Counted from the whole stretch's first letter, positions 10,186 through 23,871 are shown. The stretch is 55,706 nucleotides of DNA, filler included, from Sphacelaria rigidula (GCA_964200075.2; 6 parts of 6 records of this genome joined end to end with filler, not necessarily neighbours in it); one strand, 5' to 3'. The notes: generated by a model from the letters alone, not told the origin. Numbers and translations: made by a program.

Positions 10186-10690
10186 CGTTGGCGCCGGTTA
10201 GCAGTGACGCTGTAAAACACGCCACTCACTGCGTAAGCAAGGCAACCAGGTTACCGTTTTGTTTTGCGCGCTTGAGGTTATTTCGCGGCAAGCATGATGG
10301 TGGTCAAGCTAGATCATTTTGTGCGGGGTGGGAGAAACCCACTTCCGCGCAAAGAGAACTTTCATACTACGTAGCGTTTGAATGGTGAGACCCACGAGGC
10401 AGTGTGTAGCACGTGCCTGTCTCTGAAAGTGGCGATACCAAAAAATGAATAAACTCATTGGAGGCTGTCATGCAAATGCAAGATGAGCAGTACGCTTCGG
10501 TGAGAGCAATGTTAGCAGGACGCCGTTCACCGTTCATGCGACTCACCAAAGACAGCATGGCGCTTCGCGCTTGGTGATTGACTGCGAGCCTGGTCTGGCG
10601 AAACTCCGGCGAGCCCCGTCCCGGCTTCGTGGGGATGCGAGGTCAATGGTCGCATGACTATGGCATGCAAGGTCGTGAGTACACCGTCCC
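10186..10690 (+). mobile_element. About 500-bp non-autonomous SINE-like retroelement ending in tail family B
   Basis: Colinear inverted copy at 28690-29200 (ttggcg.cggtt.gc..tgacgctgtaaaacacgccactcactg...gtggcgatacca.aaaatgaa...gagcctgg); partial copies at 29240-29462 and 27908-27985. Confidence 0.75.
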
Positions 10691-13502
10691 ACCCCCTTCC
10701 CCGTTGTGTACACGCGGGACCCACGAATAGAACGTACGGTGATGTGGAAAGAGGCGTTTGACCTTTTCGAAACGAAAGTATTGGAAAGTCTCATGAGGGT
10801 CTCATGAGAGCACAGAATATACGTGCGCTTGCAGCAACTTGGTTGCAAAGGTAATTCATGATTGAAAGGCAATGAATGAAACCAATGGCACAACGCCCTC
10901 TGGCGCTGTGACTTTGAAGATATGGTGTACTCAACTATGGTGTACCGCCGCGTAGTAATACCGCGGCACAGTACTGTACTTGTTGGGTCATGTGCGGTAT
11001 TGCACTCGTAGTGCCTACTGTAATTTGTTGTCGGACAAGTCCCTATTCTTCGGGTACACTGCTGAGCGATACCCCACACTTTGGGATGGTGACCCCTTAT
11101 GAGTGGAATCATTCAGAAAAATCTGTACAAATTTCGTATGATCCCTGCATATCGACCTTTCCCAAATATGGCTGAACCATATCTTGCTCAAATTTGTACT
11201 TTTGCAATTGTGGATAAGAACTGGTTTCATGTCACACCACCATCTAGATGAGTTACGTCGTCCCTGAACGAATGCGTAGCCGCACGACAATCATTCGCAT
11301 CTTTGATCTTCGTTCACGGCAAAAGATGTGATTTCACCCATTCGACAAAGGCGTACAGTTCCGTGAACGGTCCAGGACTGAGATTTTTCCGTTGTTTCGA
11401 ACAAGTGGGGTTATTCCACCATTTACGAGGTCATTTTGACAGCCAAGAAATCTCGACGCAACCGGTGCGGGCGTTCAGGGTCAAATCGCTACTCTCGTCA
11501 GTAGACCCTGTGTCAAGTTACAATCTTGGCACTTTTGCATTACCAACGGGAACTGGGGTCGTCTCCAACAAACGCCATAGCGAATAAGTCGCACCGTGTG
11601 CTGAATTGTGTCACTTTCACTTGACAAAGTGAAGACGGATGAAAGTTTCAGTATGCTTCTTCAGCGGACGTGTTCGGCGTCTACTTGATGATTTTTCATG
11701 TTTCAAAAGCGAATAATTCGAGCTATGAACGGCGGTAGTCAGGGCTGTTGAGCGCGATCGAACCCCATTTTCTAATAACCCAAATTTACGAATTCAATCG
11801 CTTACGCGGTGTGGTAGTGCTGTAGAAAAAGTAGTGACGATCACGATTATATGTCGGCGTATATATCGCATAGGAGGAAATCGAGCTTGATATATTATTC
11901 TAAGTGGAGCTTGCCCGAAGCCACGTCTTACCGGGATTAAAAACATGCATTTCAAGCGATATATATCGACTGCTCATGCTGTTGGATGTTATCAACGCGG
12001 GTTTTTCTGCGCTGCTCCCGATTTAACTGCTTGCGAAAGACTCCGTAAACATGCAAACAAGAACCAAACCGTCTAGGGTATCTCATCCTGCGGAGGATCA
12101 TCTATCTTGAATTTTTTTTTAGTCCTTTCGAGAGACCAACCGGCGAGCCATGAACTCGGCGTCGAAGACTACCCTTGTAATTCGAGATAATGGGCTGCTA
12201 CAGTTCAAGTGCTGCTGCAATCTGGTGTCATCAATGCGCACTCTTCTTTCACGAGTATTAAATATGCACTCGGTTGCTTGCGAGTAGGCCGAGGACTTGC
12301 GTATCGCAGCGTGTAGCAGCGTGTAGCAGCGTCTATCTATACATGAGCTGCACATGCGACACCACAACATGCGCGGTAAGATCTTGTGTGAAGTTTGAAG
12401 TTTGATATTCACGTCTTGGTGTGTCGTAGCGGTAATATGCACCACCCAGATCCTTGGCTTTCACTGCAGCACCGACACGTGAGGTCCGCTGCTGCGATCA
12501 CACACCCCTGCACCTACAGCCAACGTGTCTATATATATCGTTCACGTTTCAGCTATCGACTATTCTTGTACTGCACCGACTGTACTGTATTCCTCCGCCT
12601 CGTCGCTGATGCACATCTACGCCCACGTATTGTCGTGATCCGTGATGCGAGCAGGATTTGGCCTCTTAATTGGTCAACGTAATAGGACTGCAATGCCTCG
12701 TAAATGTCACCTGGTACAGGAGATATGTTCCCTTTTACAAACGATCAACAATCCACCAAGACGATCGGGCTACTTCCAGAAGAAGTGGGAATCGTGATCA
12801 TGAGAGGATTCGCCCTTCGGAATTGAGCCACAAGTGTTACTGGTATAGCTGGAGTGGTCTTGACTACTATACTCAACGTCACTCCGTGGTCGATGACTGA
12901 GTAAGACTTACTGCGAAATAATCCACTTGCAAAAGACGAGAATGGTTTTCTTGAAATGATTCTCGAAGCCCCCCTGTTCTCCCTTCCTCGGGACGAGGCC
13001 GTAGTAACACTTGCAGTCACGCGTGTGTGACAGCGTCATCGCCAACCGACGCCGACCCCAATAGGGGGTCCGTCCCTACAAAGCCAGGACGGAGCACGCC
13101 GGGTTTTCGCCGGACCACGCTGACACCATCTTGGGGAAACCGAACGGAAGGGGAGAAGGCCCTCATTGATTTGGACATAGCCTTACAGCTTCACCCTTGC
13201 AACAACGTGTGCTCAACACCTTACACCTTGCATGGCACGTCTCGTTTCCGTGCCACATGTTTCAAGTTTGCGTGGATCTCACCCGGTGCCATGTCTTGGC
13301 ACCGCCTAAGCTTACAACGTGGCGGTCTGTGCTTAGTACTTTGAAGGCCAAACCCATTAAACCACGAGGCCGCTGTTGCGAGATATGTGTATCTGCGAAC
13401 AACGATGGTTTGACAAAACCTTATTTTGGTCGTAACTTGAAATATCATATTCGCTTCCCCCGATGAAATTGTATTTTCGTTTTTTTTTCATTGACGATCG
13501 TA

Positions 13503-14138
13503 CAGTATCGGCCCGGCCCGCCCATAAGAAACTGAAATTCTGGCCGAGGCTGGGTTTCTTATTGGGCTGAAGTGTTCAGCCTTTTTTTCCTAAACGCGTT
13601 TTTCTTACATTTTCCGCCAAAACACCTATATTTTCCTGAACGCGTCTTTCTCATTTCTCGTGCCAAATTCGAGACTGCTGGGCTCTCCTCCTGTGTGTCG
13701 TTACTACGGCAAATTCAACACTGCTGTGCCTTCTTCTATTTCTCGTTCTATTCCTGCGTCAACGGAACGGCCCGCGGACTGCTGTTAATGGCAAAACTTC
13801 AAAAAAGCAGCCTCTACACCAATCCTTGTGCGAATCGACATCGACACCCCCGAAAACAAAATCTCGCCGCAAAAAATGACAGTTTCATTCTGGGGTCACC
13901 GTGGGAAATTTCTGCCCCCCCCCTTCCATTTTCGGAAAAAAATCCCCTTCCAGTAACATTGGTCAGCTAGCTGTGCTTGTAGGGGTATAGTGTGGGGTCA
14001 CCAGGTGTCAGCTGGTGGAGGGGTGCCTCTTTCTTATGTTGCAGCAGATGCCGAGCCTGCCTGGGCCGTTTCTTATTTTTTGAAAATCCTCAGCCTGGCT
14101 TTCTTAAAAGTGCGTTTCCTATGAGCGGGCCGATACTG
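13503..14138. mobile_element. Tc1/mariner-type MITE, 636 bp
   Basis: TIRs cagtatcggccc(ggccc)gcccataagaaac / gtttcctatgagcgggccgatactg with TA flanks (13501-13502, 14139-14140); a related end lies at 37310-37371. Confidence 0.8.
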
Positions 14139-16751
14139 TATTTGTCGGCTACTCTGGTGTTTCATCTCGTGTTGACATTTGAATGGACGCTGAGGATACG
14201 AGGCTGGGACGGAGGCGTCGCCGTGAGGAGACATGGTTCCTTTCCTGGGAGGCAAAGCTCGATTTACGCAGCAAACTGGGAATACTGGAAAATGCGCATT
14301 ACGTGTTCACCTACTTCGTATTGATGATTGTCCGAAAATGATGTACACCACACATCACACAAGGTGTAGCGCGTAAGGATTTAGTGTAACAACCTATGAA
14401 ATTGCATGTTATGATTGTCCTTCCTACCGCTTCAGGTGCACGATGCGGAGCACTACGATGCGTGAACTCCCTCGTGTGCTGGGTGTGCTGGGTGTGGTGT
14501 GCTTGACCGGAAACCTCGGCACCAACAAGCTAGACCTAGAATGGCCGATGGCGGAAAATATGAAGAGTGGTGAAGCTCTGTCGAGCTGGAGGGTCCACCA
14601 AGGATATAATTATCCGCGCACATGGACGTTTGTCTTGCATTTAGCGAAGGAGGAGGGAGATTCAAGAAATTCAGGGCGGCGTATCGTCTGTAGTAGTAGT
14701 CGTCGGAGATGGTCAAAAGCCATCCTTCGTCGCGTCTCGGCGCGCTCTTTTGCGCTTCCGGGACTATGGCAGTGAGAAGCAGAGTATAGCCACAGGCGCG
14801 TGTTGAGCGCGCCAGCTATCATAGGTATTAATACTAGATTTGCAGATTTGGTAGCAGTTGTCCGTATTCAGTAGGGGCGCCCCACTACACACGGCGAGCT
14901 CGCGCTGGAGATGACGATGGTTGGGTGCGGTCGGTATCTCGGGCGGCTGTCGTTTTTTCCTCGATAGAGACGCCGGGGCCAAGTCACAATAGGTTGTGCC
15001 GTGTTGTTGTTTTCGGTTGGCCGGACGTGTGGTGGAGGTCGTGTTGAGCGTGTTTCTCCTCGGTTTTGAGGTATTTTCAAGAATTTGGGGCTTTGGGTGA
15101 ATGTGACATCGGGATAGGCGAGTGGTGGTGAAGGGCGGCCCCTGCCTCGTTCCATTAATGCCGTCCTTGCAATGTGTGTGTGCCATGCCTATCAGAGGAT
15201 TACATATGGCTCGGCCCTTGGTAGTAGTCGTGATGTATTTTTGGTGACACCCAGAGGTAGCAGCTAACAGTAGATATAGCCTACACCAGTATTGAGTGTA
15301 GTAGGAAGGCTGTCAAACGAACCGTAGCATTTCAGTCGTTATGTAAAAATCTTGCGTTCGAACATACCCCTCTGTTTTTTGGTAGCGTCACACGTAGCGT
15401 AGAATGAAGCTAGGGAGGGGTAGATAATTGATTGCAGCGAATATTGCCGATGTCCTTTTTCTTGATTCTTGGGGGCCGGGCCATGACAAAGCCCTCTCCT
15501 TGCTGGCGCGTCGGGACTTGAATGATCTTTGGCCGTTTCGCTCGTCAAGACTTTCATGTTTTGCCCTGTCGAATAGGTCCGAAGCAGTTAGTTCATCATC
15601 ATTTGACAAAAGTAACACTCGAGCTGCAAACCGTCGGCCATTAGGAGACTAAAAAACTCGTTTGATGGACTGACTCGCACCTGTCGTTTTGTACCATATC
15701 TTGGTTGATCGTGTATCGTGGTGGAGTGGCCACAAGGCGTGGAGTGGTCACGGACTAGCGGGTGATAGAGAATCGTTTTGTTTGTTTGCCTTTTCCTCGG
15801 GAACCTACAATACGGTTTAGATTATGTGCAAGGTGCCGAATACATCATCATTATGGTGCTCCTCTTGTGCTTGATACCGCCGCACATGCCCGCTCATTAC
15901 AATGCTCAACCGGAAGCATTCGCCGGAGAGGAAAGTTCGCATCGACCCTCATGCCATGTGTTCGGAGCGGTCATGACTCTTGCGTTGACTTTTTTCTTGT
16001 ACTCACTGTTGGCCACACATTTTCATTCGCATGTCAACACTCGAGACCACACAACATCCGGGCGCCTTCCGTTCTTCCTCTATATTTCATCCCCGCATCA
16101 TGCTCGGTCGCTATGTTGCGCAACCGCCCGAGCGTGTGCGAACCATATGGTGTTCCACAGGTGGTCTTTGGATTGAAAATGAGTAACCACGACAGGAATA
16201 ATAATGCGCGGTCATCAGGTCACTTCGACTGTTTCAATTCCCGACGATCCTGTAGTGGTTTTGATGCACGCGCTCTCCATGCCATCTTCCGGCGCTGATG
16301 ATTTAATACCAGCTGTATGCCGAAAACTTCATACACCTGGTGACAGGTCCCACCCTTCCAATATTCCTTCAATCCTTCGAGTAGCTGCCGGCAACGACAC
16401 ACACGCCAAATGTACTCTTTTGTGCGCACGTTACACAGCATTTAGCGCTATTCATACAAGCATTTGCTCTAGAGCTCAACACGTGATTCTTCGAGAAATG
16501 TTACTGCCCCACAGAGCTGCAGAGCTGTCCCATCAGCCCTCTCATGCAATCTCGCCTTTCCAGTACCGTCACTACTCTTCCTTACATCGAGATAAAAGCG
16601 CTTATTGAGCGGCTTCTTCAGATACCTGAAAACAACACAAAATAAAGCAGCGAGATATCGTAGAGACGCGAAGAAAACAGAGGAGATAATATTATTGTAA
16701 ATCTGCCCCCGAGCTTGGCGGAGGTGTGGTGAAACAAACAAACCAGATCTG

Positions 16752-17358
16752 CCAAGGGTCTGTCGAGAGAAAAAGATTCGGACACGGAGCCCCCCCCCTT
16801 CCGGAGGACAATTTTTCGAAATTTGTCATGATTTTCGACATTTTTTTCAAGATTTTTTTTTGTGGTATTTTTTTGTTTTTTTGTTGAAATCATTGAAAGG
16901 AATTGATCAACAAACACTGACAGAAACCGAAAATTCTGGCGGGCTTTGCGATATCTGCTTCTGCTCCTCGCCCGCCCTGTCCCGATGACCTCGGATGCTG
17001 GCAACGCTTACACACATCAATGTACACTACTACACGAACGCACGGTAGCGACAGCTTGTAGCCAAAGTAGCGACATTATCTCACGCCTCGCTAAATTTGC
17101 CCGGACTACTAGTGGTGAGTAGTCGAGGCACACGGCACGGAACATGATCCCATAAATGTATCCGTGGTAGGTGATGTGTCCGTCATCTCAGCAGTTTCCA
17201 TGCCAAGGATCTCTGTTCACGGCAGCTGACCGCACTCGCCAACGCCTTGGCAATAAACTAAGGGATAGCGGGCTGGGTGTGTCTCCCTCCCCTCAAAAAC
17301 TCAAACTTTCGATCTTGGGGCCTACGTGTCCCGAAATATATTTTTGACAGACCCTTGG
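16752..17358. mobile_element. Non-autonomous TIR DNA transposon, 607 bp
   Basis: Perfect 13-bp TIR ccaagggtctgtc / gacagacccttgg, extending imperfectly to ggacacg / cgtgtcc; flanking duplication atctg (or gatctgc / gatctgt if the termini are CA...TG). Confidence 0.8.
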
Positions 17359-20300
17359 ATCTGTCAACAACGAAGTAAGGACTAGAGAGACGTATTATAG
17401 TAGTAGTAGTAAGTAAAACAACATAATAAATAATACCAAGCGAGATATATGTATATGTGAGGCCACCCCTTATAAGACACAGAAGCAGGGATCTGGAAAA
17501 AAAGTGCCTTTTTGGCGCTTTTACGTCGTTTTTCGCCGTAAAAGAGAGCTAAAGGCAGACTTTGACAGCTTCGAATGCCTTGCGGAACTCGTTCAGACGG
17601 TTCCACCACACCACCTGTGCGTTTCTCTGGTGGCCGCGGTGTTTTTCCAACCTTACATTTTTCTTCGAGAGAAATGCGCGATCTCCGAGAAAACGCAAGC
17701 TGAGCACGAAAAATACGGACACACACAGGAAAAACGCAAAGATCAGATGTGCTGGGACCGTCTGAACGAGTATACTGCAAGGCATTCGAAGGTGCCAAAA
17801 ATCCGCCTAGCTCTCTTTTAGAGCGTAACGATGTAGGAGCTGCAAAAAAGCACATTTATTTATAGATTTCTATTGCTTTCTGCCAGAAGGAGCGGCCTAA
17901 GGAAGACAAAACTATGTATTAGCTGGTCCAGGCTAAACACGGGTTTAAGCTCTCAATGCAGTATATCGACACAGACGAGTCGGGTCGTGATCCGCATAGT
18001 GTATTGATCGTCTAATCAACTCTGGACCATTTTTTTCTCGTTGATTAAAGGCTATGTCTAGAGGTTCCTATACCGAACAGACGCATGGTCCATACTAAAG
18101 TCTACGTGAAACCCCGTGCGATGTATAAAGCGGATGATGACGATTCTTGGTGTGGACATTCCCTGGAACACGGGGAAACGATCGGTACCCTCACCTTCAC
18201 CTAATTCGTCATGTATCTCAAGAAAAATATGGCGCACATAATATTTCATACAAAAATAAATATATTGCGAGCAAAGGCTCGAGAGCCTTAATGCGCTCAA
18301 TCTGGATTTCGCGTCTGAGTTTTCGAGAGTTGTACTTCGAAATTTGGCATAGAATGGCTAGGGCATAAAGAAAAAGAAACTTGAGCTTTTCACTTTGTAT
18401 TCTTCAGTTTCTTTTTCGTTTTATAGAGGACAGTGTTTTCGTGAGATTGAGAGTAGATGATACGATTGAGAGTGAAAAGCGGTCAATCAGTGAATGAATC
18501 GTTCNNNNNNNNNNNNNNNNNNNNNNNNNNNNNNNNNNNNNNNNNNNNTTAATTAATTAANNNNNNNNNNNNNNNNNNNNNNNNNNNNNNNNNNNNNNNN
18601 NNNNTTGCGTGCAAGAGAGAAATGCCACTTCAACCCCATATTTTGTATGAACCCCAAAATGTAAAATCGGCTGTTTGTTCTTGGCCAGACTTGACTGTTT
18701 CTTGCGCAAACGGTCGACATTCACAAACACCTCTATTTCTCGGGTACGTTGCGCACATTCGGCGTGTTTTGGTGTTGGCAGGGCAAATCCTCAATTATTT
18801 CCAAGGTCAAACTGCATGCACGTGGAAAAACGCAAGTGGGCCAAATCCTCCCCTCCGATAGTACAAAGCACCTCATCATCCCGAGGTCTTGTCAGAAGTC
18901 TATAATAAACAACGTTTTCGGGAGATTGAGAGTAGAGCGCTGATTGAGAGGGGCCTTGGTCATTCACTTTACCTTGGCCAATTTTTCATTCCTTGTGTGT
19001 TTTTCTTTGCCCCCATCACTAGCGGGTACTTACAGCTACACGTCGATATTATGCTCGGGGATATCAAGGGCCTCAGTGGTAAGCTGCTACAGAAAGCATA
19101 TCGAGCCTCTTGGAGGGGCATTTCGGAACTGAAATGAAATCATTCACAATTTGACCGCTCTCCACACTCAACCGTACCCTCCACTCTCAATCTCACGAAA
19201 ACAATGTCAATAGTACTCCTCTTGGGCGAGGAGCGTTGCGGAAGCTTCACCAAAGGCACCTCGCCGACATGTGTTTTTGCCCAATCACGAGACGAGGCCT
19301 AATGCCCTTCGATAGCATCAACACTTCTTTAGCGGGTTCCACCAACTGTGCACATCAACAGCGCTTAGCGAAGTCATTCACATGCCTCGACATGAAGGTG
19401 ATGGCTATCGCAACGACGTCGCTGTCGCTCAGCGCTGTGGGTATGCCGGCAGTTGGTGAAGGCCGCCGAAGAAAGTTTACACGCGGTCGTGGAGCCCGAG
19501 GTCGAAAAAAACAGGAATTGGTCAGTATAAGCTTCATGTCAGGGAAGCACTGTTCCGGGGTTGAACCTCATTTTTCCATTTTCAGGCTGACCCTCATCAT
19601 ACAAAATACGCTGTTTTATCATATTCAAGGGGATCTTTGACATTTTTGTGCATCACACAAATGAGAGAAAAAAAATCTCCTGCGTTAACCTTCCTCCGGT
19701 GTGACTGCGGCTGATGCGCGCACACATACCGAGAGGTGTAGACTGGTGTCCAGAACAGATGGGATGGCAACACACAACAAGCGCGCAAAATCGGTTGATC
19801 GTCTAGGAGACCCAGGTAGACGCGAAGAAGTTAATAGCACGTTCTGTAACGCTTGCTCATTAACGAGCGGGGCAAGAGAAGCTTGATCACTGGTCGCTGT
19901 CTCTGCCTCTACTAACCATAATCATAGGCACAATTTGCAGTCTGGGAGTCGGCCCGTTTCAAGTAAACACTGTCAACACCTTGACCCTCCCTTGCTCTTC
20001 GGTATCCATCCACTCAACACGAGAGGATCTGCCTGCATGCACTTGATGTCGAAATCCCGTCGTGGCAAAACGCATGATCTCATCAAGAGTTTACTTTCTC
20101 ACCGAGATTCACCAGTTACAACCTCGTCCGACGGTAGCACTCGACCAAAACACAGGTGCACGCCTCATTTACAACATGGCTCGAAACACAACCCTTCATG
20201 CTGGATTGGGTACGTGGCTATTGTATATACACGTATTTCCTCGACCAGCGCAACATCCCCCCCAAGTGCAGATCCTCAAGCGTACACCGTAGGCCTCTCT

Positions 20301-20522
20301 GGGCACAATGAACTGTACTTTATGTTGTACATTGATCTAGCCTGTCCTACTCTTCTTCCCGGAACCAGCTCCCCCCCCTCCGCCCACACGACCTAGCGCC
20401 TTCTTGGCTTCCCTCTCCGCCTCGGCGCTCATCTACCAATACGGGCAATAAGCAAGCAAGGTAATAGGAGCACGAGCAAAATCACAGTTAGGAACAGTAT
20501 TAGAATGGCGCCGAAAAAAAAA

Positions 20523-20667
20523 CACATCCTGGACGATGGACGATAGGTTACATTGTCTACACGTGTGGTGCGTACAGTATCGACTATTGCGTCTATTGAA
20601 ATAGGTGATATATTCCATACTGTGCGCAGTACACTTTTCGACCATGTGATACTTCGTCCAGGGTGTG
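20523..20667. mobile_element. hAT-type MITE, 145 bp (same family as 34619-34761)
   Basis: TIRs cacatcctggacga / tcgtccagggtgtg; internal gcgtacagtat.gactattgc.tctattg...ttccatactgtgcgcagt shared with the 34619 copy. Confidence 0.75.
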
Positions 20668-21725
20668 AAAGAAGAGAAGTAAAAAGTCACACCAAGAAGA
20701 AAAAAAACCAAGACGAGAGCTTAAGACACAAGCGCTGATCAGGGGTGCACAACACTCATCTAAACCCTTGCTGCCCAATAAGTGAGTCAGTACTTCAGGG
20801 CCTTTCGACGCGACGGTTCGCCCGCCCCAATAACTGCACGGCAGCGTACCCAATAATTCGATGGCGGTTGTACGAGAGCGTAAGTGCACACCTTCAAAGA
20901 GTGCGGAGTATCACGACAGCAACGAGGGTAATTGCCTGCCGGACCAGTCACCACATGCTGATCCTCCGCTCTATATCTTCGAGGGGTACGAAGTGCCTCG
21001 GGTTCATTATTTGTTCCCCCCGACGTGGTGCATGCGCACAATTTTACGCCAAGGGCTAGCTACTTCGTGTCCACAGAGGGATCGATCAAACGACTAAAAT
21101 GACCAGCTTGAAAGCATTCAGTACGAGTACGGCAGGTCGGTCACTTCTCCCGAACAGGGGCTTCACCGGAAGACAAGCCAATCGCTGCTCAGTCACGGCA
21201 AGCTTTCCGTATATTTGAGGGCAAGCGAACCGCACTCCTGGAACAGACCGTTTAGAGCATAGGGGCCAGCCACTACGGAGGGTTTTGCCACGAAAAATCC
21301 CCAGCATTCCAATATTTCGCAGTCGATTGAAATTTCGTCCGCACACCATCTGCAGCGAAAATATGTCCACAAAAAAGCGAACATATCTCCACACAAAAAA
21401 AAGGATAATACGAGAGCGATGCTGCGATAACCCCCTCCCAGAAAAGTAGCTGATTTGAAAAGGCAAGATCTACATGCAAAGCAAAATGAAAAAGAGCTGA
21501 GCACACCGATCAGCTCCTTACTCTCACGCTTGGCATCATCTTCGCCAATACCGCTCATATAAGGCGCCCCATGCAGTCTACAACCAGCTGTCATGCACTG
21601 TATGGCCGTTTTCTTCGAAACAGATTTGGGGCTGGTTTGGAGGGAGACTTCACGGCATCACTCCCCTGCCCTTAGCCCACCCCGTCCACGCTACTGTACC
21701 ACCGGTAAAGTACGCTCTTGCACAC

Positions 21726-21959
21726 CTTGCCCTCCTCTCCTCCCGGCCCGAGCATAGCCTCTGCCTCATTGTCCGCCCATATGCCTGCATCCTTGTCTTC
21801 ATCGTCCGAGTCATCGCTGTCCCTACCGCGCTTGCCCTTGGTCATTTTTGATGGCCTCCATCTGTCCTCTCCATCGTCTTCCTCCTCCTCTTCCTCCTCT
21901 TCCTCCTCATTAAACAACTGTTCTCTTTTCCGCTGTTCCTGTTTCTTTTGCCTCGCTAC
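21726..21959 (-). CDS. BUD31: BUD31-like gene, fourth visible exon: charged helical and acidic C-terminal extension (VARQKKQEQRKREQLFNEEEEEEEEEDDGED...EEGK)
   Basis: Polypyrimidine tract plus cag acceptor (tttcctttcccttgactggcag); phase 0, compatible with the preceding exon; 234 nt to an aag|gtgtgc donor, or read-through to the stop at 21672. Confidence 0.72.
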
Positions 21960-22702
21960 CTGCCAGTCAAGGGAAAGGAAAGCGATATCGACGGTAATGG
22001 AGGTAAGAGGTAAGGCTTGGGTCTAGGATCAGCGGGGGAAAAGGGGATGCATCAATTTGGTGACGCGTGCATCGACGACAAAGGTGGATCATAAGACAGT
22101 ACAGTAGATCCAACAATACATGTCATGTATTGGGAATATCAACTAAATGCTGAAATAACACGAAGAAACTCACTGTGTAGCCTCAGGGTTTTTGCGTCAC
22201 ACACATGTCATCCATGTACTTGGGCAGGCAGGGGAGATCAGGGTTGCTTCGTTGTTTTTGTTGCTCCCCACATTTAGCATTTTCCCAGAAATCTAGCGAT
22301 GATGGGCACAAAGCCATGGCACAAAAAGACAGAGAATCAAGAAAGAAAAAAAGGCGCCTACGAACATGAAAAACACAGCAGCGAAAATATTAAATATACG
22401 CAAAAATACACATACGGTTGGAAAAAAACAGATGAAAAAAATAAATCGTCCGTACAACAGTGTACGGGTCAGAATGGGCAACAAAATGGCCAACGAGGGG
22501 AATTACAGAGGTCGGCATACCGAACAAGTCAGGACAGGACAAGGGCAAGACAACGCAAGGCAGGGTAAGAGAAGCCAAGCATATCCATCACTGTGCATCA
22601 CTGTGCAGATCAGCACGTCCACGGTAGGTAAACCGAGCGTTTATTGGAATAGCAAGGCGAAGCGAGTAGGTTTCCGAACGGTAATGCCACCGTAAGACTT
22701 GC

Positions 22703-22837
22703 CTGGATTGCAGCGAGGTATTGCCCATACTTATTCCCGAATATGTTCTTGTTTCCCCCCGCGCCCGTGGCGCACCCGCGGCAGCCCGTGTTCACGTCTT
22801 CGACTACCGTGTCCGCCGAGAGGCATTGCTTCGGCAC
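22703..22837 (-). CDS. BUD31: BUD31-like gene, third visible exon (VPKQCLSADTVVEDVNTGCRGCATGAGGNKNIFGNKYGQYLAAIQ)
   Basis: cag acceptor; continues ICR|VPK and contains the G10-family GCRGC motif; 135 nt, phase 0; best donor is CAG|GCAAGT. Confidence 0.88.
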
Positions 22838-23716
22838 CTGGGAGCACAAGAGCACAAGCAAGAACAAAAAGCGACATTCCGTGGGTGGATAGATGTAGCG
22901 CAAAACAGATACTGTAGGAGAATAAGAATCCTGGGAAAGCATGACAGTGCTATAGTGTTCGTGCATACGCTCCAACTTTCGACGACTTCAGATCTTGCCG
23001 TGTGTATGTGTTCTCACTCCATTTATTCTGAGCGCCCGCACATTTCGGTGTATATGGGCACACCAGCCAGGGGTGATACACGAGGAGGGTCACACATGAT
23101 CTGAAGTATTGTGAACTGCTTCGGCCAAGCACTCCACTGGTTGCAGGAAATTACAACCAGTGACAGTTATCAGTTAAAAGTGGATAACTGGCTGCAAAGC
23201 CGCCCCGCGACTCTGCCAGTGCTGCCTGACAAGGCAACGCGGCGGAGTCGCGTAAAAGACCCCCTCGGCAGGTGAGGGGGCCCCACCGGAGGCGCGGTCG
23301 GAGACAAAAAAATCACACCATTTGGCTCCACATCTCCTCAAAATCGCGGTAAATTCTAGCCGCCTAGCGCAAGCAATTCGAGCACGTAATCGGTGCACAA
23401 TATATGTTAGTAAATATGCACATGTATGGGGGAAAAGGAAACATCACTGATTTTGGCGACGTGAATTGAAAAAACGAAGCGGTGAGACAGTAGTGCAGCA
23501 TACATAGGATTCCACGTGTACCACCCAAGCGCCAATAACTACTAGTAGCACGACAACTTGGTAACGTTATTGAGTATGACGACATCAGCCAGGAAAATTC
23601 AACAGAAATCTCGACTATTCGTCATGCTTCGGTATCACATTGATCGGGCACCTCTGAACGCTTGATGCCGACAAAATAAAGCAAAGTACACAACAACGCT
23701 ACGAAACGCAGTCTTA

Positions 23717-23871
23717 CACACGTCGGACAGATCATGATCCGTCTGAAATTCACCTATTTATTTTCAGTATACAAACTGATCCGAATCACTATTTTGTATT
23801 TTTTTATCAACGGACTCGAGAGTCTTCTTTGATTAGTTGTTTCAGACAGATCATGATCTGTCCGATGTGTG
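23717..23871. mobile_element. hAT-type MITE, 155 bp, in a BUD31-like intron
   Basis: About 32-bp TIRs cacacgtcggacagatcatgatccgtctgaaa / tttcagacagatcatgatctgtccgatgtgtg; 8-bp flanks cagtctta / cagtcttg. Confidence 0.85.

Noticed and set aside
18429-19208. About 70-bp inverted repeats (gacagtgttttcgtgagattgagag / ctctcaatctcacgaaaacaatgtc) resembling one transposon
   Set aside because: The two ends lie on different scaffolds across an artificial linker; they are separate copies of one family.
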